Below, piece after piece: positions 17,076 to 30,031 of a stretch of DNA of 64,000 nt. A program made the translations under genes and the position numbers. The DNA lies in assembly GCF_009914755.1 (NCBI RefSeq), contig NC_060926.1. One strand, 5' to 3'. The notes beneath the pieces are model-generated. The model saw nothing but the letters and a program-made list of their open reading frames with translations. It had not been told where the DNA came from and made no database searches. The stretch is from the human T2T-CHM13v2.0 reference genome, Homo sapiens. The number at the start of each line of letters is the position of its first letter. Position 1 is the first letter of the stretch.

Positions 17076-17609
17076 GTAGGTATTTCTTCAGGTTTACCTA
17101 ATAAATAACTATGTCAAATAGCTATGTCATCATGGGCAAGCCCCTTCCTTTCTCTTCCAGTCAATTTCTTCGTATTTAAATGGGTAGAATGGAAAGGAAA
17201 CTGATGACTATGTAGTGCTTGCCAATCATTTCAACAAAGAAGCAGAAACTCAGAATTTATTTAAATTATTCATGACTTTACAGCCGGTAAATAACATGCT
17301 AGATTCAAACTCAGAACTGGCCGGTTCCCAAGTTTTAACCCCTCCCACATTCTTCTCCAGCTTATTACCATAGGGAATAGAGTTGGATGACTGTATGTGT
17401 AACTACCACCTTTGAATTTTGTGGTTTTAATTAATTATTACACATGGTCAGTCTCATCTACCAAAGTTGAAGGAATGTTTCCTGAAGACTTTTAACGATT
17501 TTAAAGTAAATGTTAATAATTTATTCCCTGCTCTAAGTCCCTACCATGTGCTAGTTATCATAGAAGATATATTTTAATTTAATTTAATCCTTACCCCACA
17601 GATGGGACT

Positions 17610-17870
17610 TTCTGGATGAAAGCAGCTTCTTCCAGTTCATTCTCTCATCCATTACTCTATTTTATTCCCCAACTTGTACCTGCCACTATCTCCAGTTATG
17701 CTACTAATTTATTGTTTATCTATCTATTTTCTGTCTCTCTGACTTTAATAGAAGCTTAATGAGAGCAAGAATTTTATCTGCATGTTTAATCTTATCTTCA
17801 CCCACTAGCATATTTTTCCTCGAACATAGAAATAGACTAGTAAGTATTTGTCAAATAAATAAATAAAAAG
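17610..17870 (+). mobile_element. L2 3' end
   Basis: gaagcttaatgagagcaagaatttt...catagaaatagactagtaagtatttgtcaaataaataaat. Confidence 0.6.
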
Positions 17871-19507
17871 TAAGTTTTATTCTACCTGTATGACTACTTG
17901 GGCTAACAGAGTGAAGATGTTACCTTAAAGAAGTGGTATATCAATTCAGAGTTTTGTTTTGTTTTGTTTTGTTTTTTGCCATTTGACCTCAAAAGGCCAT
18001 GAGAGCAGGCTATATGATTTCTCAGAGTCAATAAAGCAAAGCTTGCACCCAAAAGCACTATTCGTAATGATACTCTACACCTTCTTTACTCTCCATGAGC
18101 ACCCAAATTCCAACTACCGTATTTCCATGATGTAAACTTACTCATGAACTTTTTCTACACATGATTAAATATCTCATAATATTTCAAGGAAATTTGACTA
18201 AAGACACAGGTGCTAATATCAGATTCCTACTAAAGTTAGGCAGTACTTTCCTTTCTGAGAAGTTTTTGAACTTGTTATCATTGTTTAATCTCCAGGCTTC
18301 AACTAACTGGGGTACAAAGAAAAGGCCTTTGGTATCAGAAGATTTGGTGTTAAACACAGTTATTCTCCTTACCAGCTTTGAGAAGTTGTATAATGTGGGG
18401 TTTAGAAACCTGAATCTCATCTCTGTTACCATCTGCATGATCTTAGCCCATCCAGTTAACCTGTATGTTCCTTGGTTTCTTTATCTATAAAATTCTAATA
18501 ATAATATGTCCCTCATCATATGTTCCAACAGTTGAATGAGAAGATGAAAATCGAGTTTTAACACAATCTGTACTTGGTATGTGAAAGTTTAGCTATACAT
18601 TTTATTTATTAGAATAAGACATACCATATCGTTACTGTTCCTTCTTTTATTCATCTTATTTCATTTTATTTAATTATTTTTCCAAGAAATAATAGTAATA
18701 AAATCTTTCAACAATCTTTATTGCATAGGTGTAGAAAATAAAAGCACAGAGAAATTAATAGTTTCTTTGACGAACATGATAATAAATCCAGGATTGCAAT
18801 TCAGGTCTTTATATCCTATCTCTCTAGGAAGATACACGTTTCCTTCATTTTATTTCATACGGCTTTTTTGTTACTGCTATCGTTCTTTGTAAACACATTC
18901 TGTCATCAAATATGTTGAGTCTGTGACTTGGTAAAACCTGATAAAGCTCCCCAAAAGCTCTTGATTTTACCTGGCTTTCTTTAATTAGACTGCACAGAAC
19001 AATACTGGCTAACGTTATCCCTCTTGGGTTGCAATTAACTTAATCTGAAGTATATTTCAGCCGTTAGTGGGCTTTTGATCTGAGAGTGTTATTTTGTTCA
19101 GCCTATCTAAATACTCATTGATCTGACAGGTAATGAGCGACATTTATAATGGAGGTCATTCCCTTCTATTAATTTTAACTGCTTTACAGCTTTTGATAAA
19201 GTGGGCAAGAGTGGATGCTTATCTATTTTGTATCTAAAAAAAAGTGCCTTCGTGAGGACAATGTGCTATTTGGAGAAACCACTTTATTTTCACATAAGTA
19301 AACATGTTTTCAGAATAAATCCTCTTGACATTGTAATATTTTTGGCATCCATTGCTCTTTCTTTATAATATGAAAAATAGCATACTAGACATTGTGAATT
19401 CACGCACCCAGCTGTTTACTTTCAGCGAGGACCCGAGAATTTCCCATACAGTCAGGAAATATTTATTAGCCATGTATGATATGCCAGGTACTATGGTAGA
19501 TTTAGGG

Positions 19508-19731
19508 TGTGTTTTCTCAACCTTAGCACTATTAGAATTTTGGGCCAAGTAGTTCTTGGTTATGGGTGGTTGTCCCGTCCATTGTAGAATGTCTATCATC
19601 ATCCATGATCTTTACCCACTAAATGGGTAATGGCAGTTTCACCCTATCCTCCAGTTGTGACAATCAAAAATGTCTGCAAACATTGTCACATGTCCCCAGG
19701 GGGACAAAATTATCCCCAGGTGGGAACCATT
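19508..19731 (+). mobile_element. MER20 hAT-Charlie DNA element
   Basis: ttctcaaccttagcactatt...ccagttgtgacaatcaaaaatgtct...tgtccccagggggacaaaat...gaaccattg. Confidence 0.88.
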
Positions 19732-20109
19732 GACTTCAGATATACAGGGATTAATTAGACAATTCTTGCACTACACATACGTTTACCTAGGAATACATAT
19801 AATTAGAAACATTTTATGTGTAATTTTCTATGCCCATATCTGTATGAGAATAGAGGATAACCTTATATTTACAGCATTATTTGTAACAGCATGAGCACTA
19901 ACAAAAAGAAAAAAATAATTTCAACTTTCTAAAAGAAGGAAAGAAAACAATATCTCAAACATTCAGTATGTGCTCGACAACATATTTGACATTCTCACGT
20001 GTGTTAACACATTTAATTTTCATAAGCACCCTAACATTGATGAATTATTTTCTCTATTTTATAATTAAGATAAACATGGCTCACCATTATTATTAATAAT
20101 AAGGTGTCG

Positions 20110-20459
<350 letters not shown>

Positions 20460-22686
20460 CTAATTCACATCTGTGTAATTACAAACATTTTGCTTTTTAC
20501 ACTAAATCACAAAAAAATTTTTTACACTAAATCACAAAAGAAGTTTAAGAGGCCATTGACGCAATCAGTTAAAACGTAAACAATTTGGAAAATCTATGAG
20601 AAAAATGGATTGTTATTAGTTAAAAAAACTATGCAAAATTATGTTTACTATACTCAAAATCAAACACATTGATGCCTATATGGATACCAAGTGTGTGTGG
20701 AAAACATAAACTTTGGATAGTTTAGGCAAACTAAATTAGTCATTTTTTTGGTGGTGGGAATATGAGGTTATATTGCTATGAAGAATTATTAAATATGCAG
20801 CTATTAAAGATTGATATAAAATACATCAGGTTAATCATGTATATGTTGTCTAAATGTGCAGATCCTATATAAGAGAACATTTTTAAAGTCAGAGATTTCC
20901 TCTATTTTGAAAAAAAGATAGCATACTGCATTATAATAGCTCTTTTTCTCTAAGAATATAAAGTACTTTGCTGCCCTTGAAGAATATGAAGGGCTCCTGG
21001 GACTAGGAGAATAGTGGTGGGAAAACAGCCAAATTGCTGCCACCCTCTGAGAGTGTGTGAGTGGGACATGAGGACTGATTCACACAGTACTCAGGAGAGG
21101 GAGACAGCACCCTGAGAAGTTTGAAGAAAGAGATGCTCTGTAAAATTGTCACAGCCAGAAGCACAAGTACACATGAGTGTGATCTAGCTAGGACTTGGAT
21201 TTCAATGTGTACAGTTGTTTTCTGACTCCTTTAAAATGCCAGGCATTTTTTTATAAGAAAATATTTACTTGTTACTATTGGGTTGTTTTGAAGAAACACA
21301 GATTCCAAACTACAGGGAGCCTTATCCAGTAATTCAGAAACTTCAGTCTTTTGCTACAGACAAGGACATGGACACCAGGAAAGAGAAACATTGTGCCAAA
21401 ATTCACTGAAAAATGTGGAAGGGGAAAGCATATTTAAGCAACATGAAACATAATTTTTGTAGGAAATATTTCCCTCATGCAGTGGGTGGATATTTGATTT
21501 GCTATTTCAGCTCTTTGTTTTGTTTCTTTTAATATAAATATTTATTTTCCACTACTTGTGCTGTTCTTCAGAAATTTCTGGGGAAATAAAAGTGAATACA
21601 TAGTTTTAAAGCTCACAGCCCCCACTGGTGTAGGGCTAATAGCTATGGGGAAGTGAAGAAGTGGCTCTGGGAAGCCTGGAAGGAACTTAACATGGAAGGC
21701 TTCCTGGAAGACGTAACACTTCCCCTAAGAGTTTACTGATAGGAAGACTTAACCCACCAGACAGCAGAAAACAGATAGATATTCCAGGCAGAAGAATTAA
21801 AGGATAAAATATTAGGCTGAACTCAGAGTAGCAAATAGTTCAATATTTAGGAAGGAAACACTCTCTCGGGTCAGAGAGGGTAAGCATAGACAGGCTGTCA
21901 GAAACCTGGCCAAACAGGAGGAACTTTTAGGTCAAGTATTATTCAACAAACACAAGGCTAAGCACTTTTTATAAATTCTTTTTATTTCCCACAGTAATAT
22001 ACCAGGTGGAGAGTTCTATCTCCACGTTAAAGGTGAGAAAACTGAAACCTAAGATCTAAAGTGACTTGCTCAAGGTTCTGAAGTGTCAAAGCAACTCAAA
22101 CCTATACAGTCCAATATGATTTCTAAATGGCTTCTGACCCTGAAAGGAACCGGGACACGTTGAGACGAAAACCTGTCCCACCTCACCCCAACAGCCCCTG
22201 AGGGTTATCTGAATTCCTTGGCACTGTTAGTTTTGGTCATTTGACCTCAGCTCATAAGAACTTCAGGAAAACAGTCAGGTCCAAAGGAGAGAGAAGTATC
22301 TGAACAACGCTAACTTCAAAGAAAGAAGAGAAGAATATTTTGGGGATCAGCCTGCTATTGAGATCTTTAATATTAGAAAATATCTGTGTGGCTGGCAAAT
22401 GTTGGACAATTACCTAATGAAGTTGTGCTGTGTCTGTAATAATCCCATCATACCAGTCTGATTCTAATGGCTATGTGTATCCAGGTTTTTCACTTGTCTT
22501 TGGTTTTCCCATCTTGTGAATTCTAAAACAAATATCTGGCCATGAGAAGACTTGCATCAAATTCTTCCATTTCTCCCAGGGACTACAGGATATGGTGCAG
22601 AAGCTACTGCATGGCTCACAAAGCCCTCCACAATCTAGGTCCCACCTGGCCTTTGATCTCCATCTCCTGTCTTTTGCCCTCTCCAC

Positions 22687-23261
22687 TATATATATATTTA
22701 TATATATATATTTATATATATATTTATATATATTTATATATATATTTATATATATATTTATATATATATTTATATATATATTTATATATATTTATATATA
22801 TATATTTTTATATATTTATATATATATTTATATATATATTTATATATATTTATATTTATATATATATTTATATATATTTATATATATTTATATATATATA
22901 TTTATATATATTTATATATATTTATATATATATTTATATATATATTTATATATATATTCATATATATTTATATATATATTCATATATATTTATATATATA
23001 TTCATATATATTTATATATATATTTATATATATATTTATATATATTTATATATATTTATATATATATTTATATATATATTTATATATATATATTTATATA
23101 TATATTTATATATATATATTTATATATATATTTATATATATATATTTATATATATATTTATATATATATATTTATATATATATTCATATATATATATTTA
23201 TATATATATTCATATATATATATTTATATATATATTCATATATATATTTATATATATATAT
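22687..23261. repeat. ~575 bp AT-rich array, (TATATATATTTA)n-like with TTCA variants
   Basis: Seen directly; almost pure A/T. Confidence 0.98.
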
Positions 23262-23454
23262 AAAGCATCTCTTTCTTCAGACTTGTCAGGGTGCTGTCTC
23301 TCTCTCCTGAGTACTGTGTGAATCGGTCCTCATGTCCCACTCACACACTCTCACAGGGTGGAAGAAATTTGGCTACTTTCCCACCACTATTCTCCTAGTC
23401 ACAGAAGCCCTTCATATTCTTCAAGGTCAACAAAGTACTTTACATTCTCAGAGA
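23260..23454 (-). repeat. Inverted local copy of 20946-21141 (~91% identity)
   Basis: Reverse complement aligns without gaps to ttctctaagaatataaagtactttg...gaagaaagagatgctctgta; about 17 substitutions by manual count. Confidence 0.95.
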
Positions 23455-23484
23455 ATATAAATATATATATATATATATAAATAT

Positions 23485-23604
23485 ATAGCTATGGGGAAGT
23501 GAAGACTGGTGGGTTAAGTCTTCCTATCAGTAAACTCTTAGGGGAAGTGTTACGTCTTCCAGGAAGCCTTCCATGTTAAGTTCCTTCCAGGCTTCCCAGA
23601 GCCA
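23485..23604. repeat. Direct copy of 21639-21659 (21 bp) fused to a perfect inverted copy of 21662-21760 (99 bp)
   Basis: atagctatggggaagtgaaga followed by ctggtgggttaag...cccagagcca; no mismatches found. Confidence 0.97.
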
Positions 23605-23855
23605 TTTATTAAATATATAATATATTATATTATATATAATATATTATATATTATATTATATATATCATATATATTATATTGTATATTATATATTATAAAT
23701 ATTATATATATTATATATTTAATATATATTATATATATAATATATATTATATATATTATATATATAATATATATTATATATATTATATATATAATATATA
23801 TTATATATATTATATATATAATATATATTATATATATATTATATATATATATATA
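23605..23855. repeat. AT-rich low-complexity array with ~27-bp higher-order periodicity
   Basis: Repeated taatatatattatatatattatatata units. Confidence 0.95.
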
Positions 23856-24219
23856 AAATTATCCGTAGCTTCCCCAGTAGGAAGCATTCCGTCAAATCTC
23901 TTTTTCTCCACAAACATTTCCTCTGACTGGGAAGTCCTGTTTTCTGTTTGTTTGCTTGGGAAGTCCCCACCCATCTTTGAAGTTCCAAGCTAAACTCTCT
24001 GCCTATTAGGAAAGCTTCCCTGCTTATCTCCTAAGTAACAATTAAGTGAATCCCTTTCCTGCTCTCTTCCTTGCAAATATCTCCATTAGCACAAAAATTG
24101 TATGTTGAAATCATTTGTTGTTTGTTTCTATACTAGGCTATGTAAGCCTATGTTTTGTTTTATTATTTTCATCTTTAAATATTCAGCAACAATGCAAAGA
24201 GTGACTCATGACACATGTT

Positions 24220-24654
24220 TGTGATTGTTAATTGTATGGTCAACTTGACTGGGACACAGTACTAGCTTTTTCCCAAACATATTTTTAGATGTTTCTTTGT
24301 ATGTATTTTAGAGATAAGGTTAAGATTTAAATCAGTAGACTTTGAGAAAAGCAGATTTTCTTACAAAATGTGGGCCAGTTTCGTCCAATCAATTGAAGAA
24401 AAAAAATAGATGGATCTGCCCAAAGAAGAAATAATTCTGCCAACAGACTGCAGTGGACTCAAACTGCAATATCAGCTAACCATTGGTCTCCAGCCTGATG
24501 GCCTATTGCCTATCTATCTTATAAATTTTGAACTTGTCAGTCTCCACAATTGCTTAAGCCAATAATTTAAAATCTTAATCTTAATCTCACACACACAGAC
24601 ACAGACACACTCATCCTGTTGGTTCTTTTTCTCTGAATAACCGTGATTAATACA
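24220..24654 (+). mobile_element. MLT2 (MLT2D-like) ERVL LTR
   Basis: tgtgattgttaatt...tcaacttgactggg...aatcagtagactttgag...catcctgttggttct...taataca. Confidence 0.85.
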
Positions 24655-26038
24655 ATGCTAAATTAATATATTTTTTTAAATGATAGATTTTTTTCCTTTG
24701 GCTGTCCTTCTTTTGTCCATATATAAAGTCTATGTATAACTAAGTAAGCGTCACAAGTTACACTCATAGAAGTGCTGATGGTTAGTATAGGGTACTTTTT
24801 ATTAGGAATTACTTTTTCAAAGAAAGCAATTAACCCCCTAATGACACCCCAACCCCTGCCCTCCCTAGGAACACCTCTATTTTTATACATTTCGATCCCT
24901 CTATTAATTATGATGTAAATCCCAGCTTAGAGTCAGAAGACCTGGGTTCTTGTTTAAGTTCTGCCATTCAGTAACTGGAAGACCTTGGGCAAAATCCATC
25001 AACCTCTTTGGCTCTCAGCGGTAAAGTGAGGAAGCAGCTCATCTGTAATTTATGTGCTGTGGGGAATTGACATCTCTTACAGCTATGAAAGAGCAAATTT
25101 AAGTGGAAGAAAGGCATGATTTAGATTCAAAAACATAGTTTGAATTCAGGGTTGTTAATTTATCGGTCATGTGTCTCTAATCAGTTTTTTACCTATTACT
25201 TTTCTCATCTATAAAAAAACATTTATTTATAAATTCTTTAGCCTCACTGTTTTATTTTGCCAATAAAGTGTGGTTCTGCAGGCAGCTTGGCCTGGGATAA
25301 TCACAAACACATCTGAACCACTCTTGAGTCACTTCACATTCATGAGGGATACCTCATATCACTATCTAGAAAATGTCATGACAACTCTGTGCAAGAAATG
25401 TGGGTTGTTTTCCAAGTCTGTGCTAAGCAGGAAATGAGTCTTTTTACGAAAGAGTTCAAAGTATTCCTCACATCATCTTAAGAGTGAAGGGCCCTCACAG
25501 AGTACATACACCAAGAGCAGGCATATATGCACGTAACACATCCAGGTGGGTGACACAGAGAGGTGCTGCCCTTCACAGGCTGGCCCACACACTGAAGGCT
25601 TATTTGGATGATGACCATCACATCCTAGAAATCATTTGATAGAACGTTGCCCTTCAGGACAATTCTTTCAGAAGTTGTGAAATCCAAGATTTTCTCTGAT
25701 TGTGATAGGCTTGAACAAGATGGACAGCTGGGCACCCACAGGGACTCTTTGGACTAAACAGAGACATCTGACCAGGTGCTTCAAGAGAGCAATTCAGAGG
25801 AAAGTCTGAGGAGTCATTCTTACCCGCTACAAATCCTTAATGTTTATTTTTATATGCATGTGTATGTTTAATTGTATTTTTTTTTTCAAGAAGAGGTTTC
25901 AGTCATTGTCAACACATTTATTTTTCATCATCACAAAATACTGAGTCTAAGGTTCTCTTAGATTGTTGAGGCTAAATTGATGGATCACATGGCACCACCT
26001 GATTATACAAGCCAGGATTCTAGTGATCAGGGTCCAGA

Positions 26039-26076
26039 GCAGTTCTCATATAAAATGCTGCCTGCACCAGGTATAT

Positions 26077-26112
<36 letters not shown>

Positions 26113-26175
26113 TGCAGTTCTCACATACAATGCTGCCTGCACCAGGTATAGGTATATTACTGTTATTACTATTAC
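26039..26175. repeat. Tandem duplication of a ~75-bp unit containing (TTA)n
   Basis: gcagttctca..a.aatgctgcctgcaccaggtata.gta occurs twice. Confidence 0.9.
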
Positions 26176-26233
26176 ATTTTTGAGGGAGAGAATGTGCTAT
26201 ATGCCCCCTTAGCCAATTACAAAGAATAGATCT

Positions 26234-26754
26234 TTTCAAAGCAAAAGTTGAACTGGACATAGTTCAACACGTAAGGAAGAGACTCCAGAATTCAGTCTGA
26301 GCTCACCTCTGCTGAAACAAAAGGCGGGAGCGTTTTAAGAGCTTGGATTGGAGGATACAGACCATCTACCCTTGCTAATTGTCCTTACTAAAAGGAAAAG
26401 AAGTGAACTTTCTCAAGTCTTTGTGAAAGGAGGTGATTATCCAACTTGAAACAAGGTGCCAGCTGAAGTTAGGTTCCTACGCTGCCATAGGAAGAGGAGA
26501 TAGGGGTGTTATGTTATCTTCCTTGACAGTTGCATTTCAAAGGTAAGGCTCCTAGGTCCTTGAGAAAGGCAGTGCTGAATTGTAAAACTGGGAAGAGGCT
26601 TTTAAAAAAAGATTTACATCTCAAAGGGGCAGAGAAGGAATTTGCAATTACAGGTTTTCTAAAGTAAATGCTCTAAGGAAAGAAAGGTTAGGGCTTACAA
26701 TCCTGTCTGAAGTTTAGTCCAAGCTGAGGGAAAACATTAAGGCCTTCTTGGTCA
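26234..26754 (-). mobile_element. ERV1 solo LTR, MER67-like
   Basis: Reverse complement starts tgaccaagaaggccttaa...cctcagcttggactaaacttcagacagg...agagcatttactttagaaaac. Confidence 0.75.
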
Positions 26755-27364
26755 ATGTCAAGAACACAGAACATCTTCAGTACATTTTAGCTCTTATAAT
26801 TAGTGTAATCATCAAGATTTGTACATCAAGCTTTTAAATTTGGAATTTGGCTTTATACAGTTTCTCAAAGAAAAATTTTTTTACTATTTAAAATATTTAT
26901 TTTTCTTCTGCTTCATAAAAGAAATGCTTTTTTCCTCTTGAGGTCCGTGATTCATTATACTGTCTTCTTTCTCACGTAAAAAAGGAACTTTTTCACTGCA
27001 CTTTACACTTGAAAGGAATTCAACATTAAAGTTTAAAACTTTCCTTCACATCAGGCTTATTTGCTCTAATTAAAACAAGATTAGCTGACATTCACAAGTC
27101 ATTTACAAAATGTATAACTGCATTCTGAGAACACATCTAATTACAAAGACAACATGGGAAATTGCAAGAAGGTTTTGAAATTTACCCTAATATTTTCTTT
27201 ACACCATTGTTCTCAAAACTTCATTAATAAATTGTTCTTAACACTTTCTCTGTGAATTAGAATCTAGAGTTTGCCTTCCATTTTGTCTTTTAAATTCAGC
27301 AACAGAGATTCCTAAAAAACACATAACAGAATGAAAATAGAAGCACTGGGATAGAGAACCAGAA

Positions 27365-27550
27365 CTCTGAGCTAGTGTTTTGTGCCAGATGCTTTCACAT
27401 ACATGATTTTATTTAATTCACATGGCAATGTAGTTGAGTAACTGTGCTATTCTCATTTCACAGATGAGGAAGTTAAGGCTCAATGATATTAAATAGCCTA
27501 ACCAAATTCACTGATCTAGTGAATGAACAAAGAATTAAATTCCTGCCTCT
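27365..27550 (-). mobile_element. MIR fragment (donor of the 29086-29200 copy)
   Basis: ctcatttcacagatgaggaagttaaggctca MIR core. Confidence 0.8.
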
Positions 27551-28490
27551 GGGCTGTGGCTGTAACTTTCATGTATTTATCCTTGTCAATAAAAGATAGG
27601 CTTGGAAGGGTGCTTTGTGATTAATTTTGGAAAATCATATTTAATATTAGAATATACATTTCTACTTGACATAGACAATAGTTAAAAAATGGACCATAAA
27701 ATTCCACATAAAAATCAAAATAAATATCTCCTCATCTGATGGGTCAGGAATCTCACTGAAAAAGGTAATATAATCTTTGTTTGTGGGAGTTAGGAGGTAT
27801 TTACATTTCTGTAAAGGAAACAGATGACAAAATATAGAAAGACCATTTCCTAGGCCCTGAAATTGTTTGCCATTCCATTTTGAAACAAGTAGTATAATTC
27901 TAAAACAAACAAACAAACAAACATCAAGATCACCATGAAGTAACCAAGTAAAGGATGCTACAGTATTGGATTAGACAATAGGCAATTTGGGACTCAGTTG
28001 GGGGAAAGTTCACATCTTGGAGAAATGGAGGGAGAAGAGATTCAACAGTAGGAATTTGTAAAGTCTCAGGCTCCCATACCATGTGAGGAAGAGGGAGGAC
28101 TCAGGAAGAGTGTAGGCCTTTCCTAGAACACACTAGACCAAAGAGAAGCTCAGCTGTCCTTTTTGTAATGTTGTGTCCGTTAATTTTTGTATTATTTTTT
28201 AATCTTTTTAATTAAGTCATCTGCCAGTTATTCAGTGTTTGTTTAAACTTGAATAACTCATTACTCTTCTGTGAAAAGTTTTCTCCTTCAAAAACAAAGG
28301 GGCCCAAACCAGATGAATTCCAAGTTATCGTCAGCCAGCCCACTACGTCATGAAAAACATCTTCAAAAACAGGAAGATTAGTAAACAAAAGAGGTTGATG
28401 AGTACACTGGCTGGATTTCAAAGTCATGTCATCCAGTGGGCATTCTTTCTGAGAAGTTGTCTTTGATCACCTACATCGTCCAATGCTCAC

Positions 28491-28494
<4 letters not shown>

Positions 28495-28530
<36 letters not shown>
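28495..28530. repeat. (TA)n microsatellite
   Basis: Uninterrupted AT run. Confidence 0.97.
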
Positions 28531-28533
<3 letters not shown>

Positions 28534-28547
28534 CTGTCTTAAGCACA

Positions 28548-29366
28548 TGTGGCTGATTATTCCTCAAATTCTCAGTCCCTCAGTCCCAATCTTGGAACAT
28601 GTGAATGTGTTATGTTACATGGCAAGAGGGACTTTGCAGATGTAACTAAGGTGACAGACCTTAAAATAAGATAACCCTAGCTTATCTAGGCACACCTGAT
28701 CTAATTACATGAGCCACTTAAAGTATATTTTCTCAGGCTGCCTGGAGAAAGACGCTGCAAAAGAGAATGGCAAGAGAGATGATAGAGGAAAGGAAGTCAG
28801 AGGGATTTCAAGCATGTAGTGGGTTGGACAAACTGTTACTGCTTTGAGATTTAGGGTCACTGTATAAAGATCAGAGAGAAGCCTATTGGAGCTAATGCAC
28901 AATATGAGAAGAAATGCATGCAGTTTTTAGAAGCAAAGAGGGATTTCTGGTTGACAGCCAGTGAGAAAACTCTGTCCTACAAATGCCAACAATCTGAATG
29001 ATCTTAGAAGCAGGTTATTCCCCCAGAGCCTCCCATTAGTAACAAGTTCTGCTAACACCTTGATTTTAACCTGGTAAGCCCCTGGTAGTGTTTTGTGCCA
29101 GATGATTTCACATACATGATTTTATTTAACTCACATGGCAATGTAGTTGAGCAACTGTGTTATTCTCATTTCACAGATGAGGAAGTTAAGGCTCAATGAT
29201 TTAGGTGATGGATTCTTGTTGGATTTTACTATAAATTCAAGGCACTAAATGCCATCTTGTGCATATTTGAATTTCAACTTGCAGAATTGTCATATAATAA
29301 ACTTGTGTTGTTTTAAACAACTGAATTTGTGGAGATTTGTTACGGCAACAATAGAAAACAAATACA
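28548..29366 (+). mobile_element. MLT1 (E/F-like) MaLR LTR carrying a 179-bp templated insert
   Basis: gtgaatgtgttatgttacatggcaagagggactttgcagatgtaa...gcaacaatagaaaacaaataca. Confidence 0.85.
29086..29264 (+). repeat. Composite local copy: 27373-27487 (115 bp, 4 mismatches) plus 30725-30789 (65 bp, 1 mismatch)
   Basis: Direct manual alignment; the two segments overlap by one T at 29200. Confidence 0.95.
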
Positions 29367-29406
29367 TCAGATTCCCAAATCCATCTGTACAAAAATTCAC
29401 TGGTTA

Positions 29407-30031
29407 GAGAAAAGGGAGCACTTCTGGTGTAAGTGTAAATTAGTTCAACCATTGTGGAAAGCAGTGTGACGATTCTTCATACAGCTAAAGACAAAAATAC
29501 CGTGCCACTCAACAATCCATTACTGGGTATGTACCCAAAGGAATATAAATTGTGCTACCATAAAGACATATGCACATGTGTGTTCATTGCAGCACTAGTC
29601 ACTATGGCAAAGACATGGAATCAATCTAAATGCATATTAATGGTAGAATGGATAAAGAAAATGTGGTACACAAACACCATGGTATACTATGCAGCCATAA
29701 AAAAGAATGAGATCACATCTTTTTCAGGAAAATGAATGGAGATGGTGGCCATTATCCTTAGCAAACTAACACATGAACGGAAAACTAAATACTGCATGTT
29801 CTTATTTATAAATGAGAGCTAAATGATGAGAACATATGGACACAGAAAGGGGAACAACAGACACTGAGGCCTACTGGAGGGTGGAAGGTGGGAGGTGGGA
29901 GACAATCGGAAAAAATAACTGCTGGGTACTAAGTTTAGTACCCAGGTGACAATCTGTACAATTCCCCATGATATGAGATTACCTATATAATAAACCTGCA
30001 CATGTACTCCTGTACCTAATAAAGAAATTTT
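29407..30031 (+). mobile_element. 5'-truncated L1PA15/16-like 3' end
   Basis: ORF2p C-terminal similarity and 3' UTR; 16-bp TSD aaaaa(t/c)tcactggtta at 29391-29406 and 30032-30047. Confidence 0.92.

Noticed and set aside
22542-23321. Longest ORFs (259 aa and 223 aa, Y/I-rich) and the ORF at 23679-23993
   Set aside because: Translations of AT-repeat arrays that happen to lack stop codons; not proteins.
22687-23855. Repeat-spacer-repeat layout resembling a CRISPR array
   Set aside because: The repeats are unequal low-complexity arrays, the spacers are local self-copies, the DNA is primate and no cas genes are present.
25265-25830. GC-richer unique block as a possible pseudogene
   Set aside because: No ORF of 60 aa or more, no poly(A)/TSD and no recognisable homology; only scattered AP-1/ETS-like motifs.
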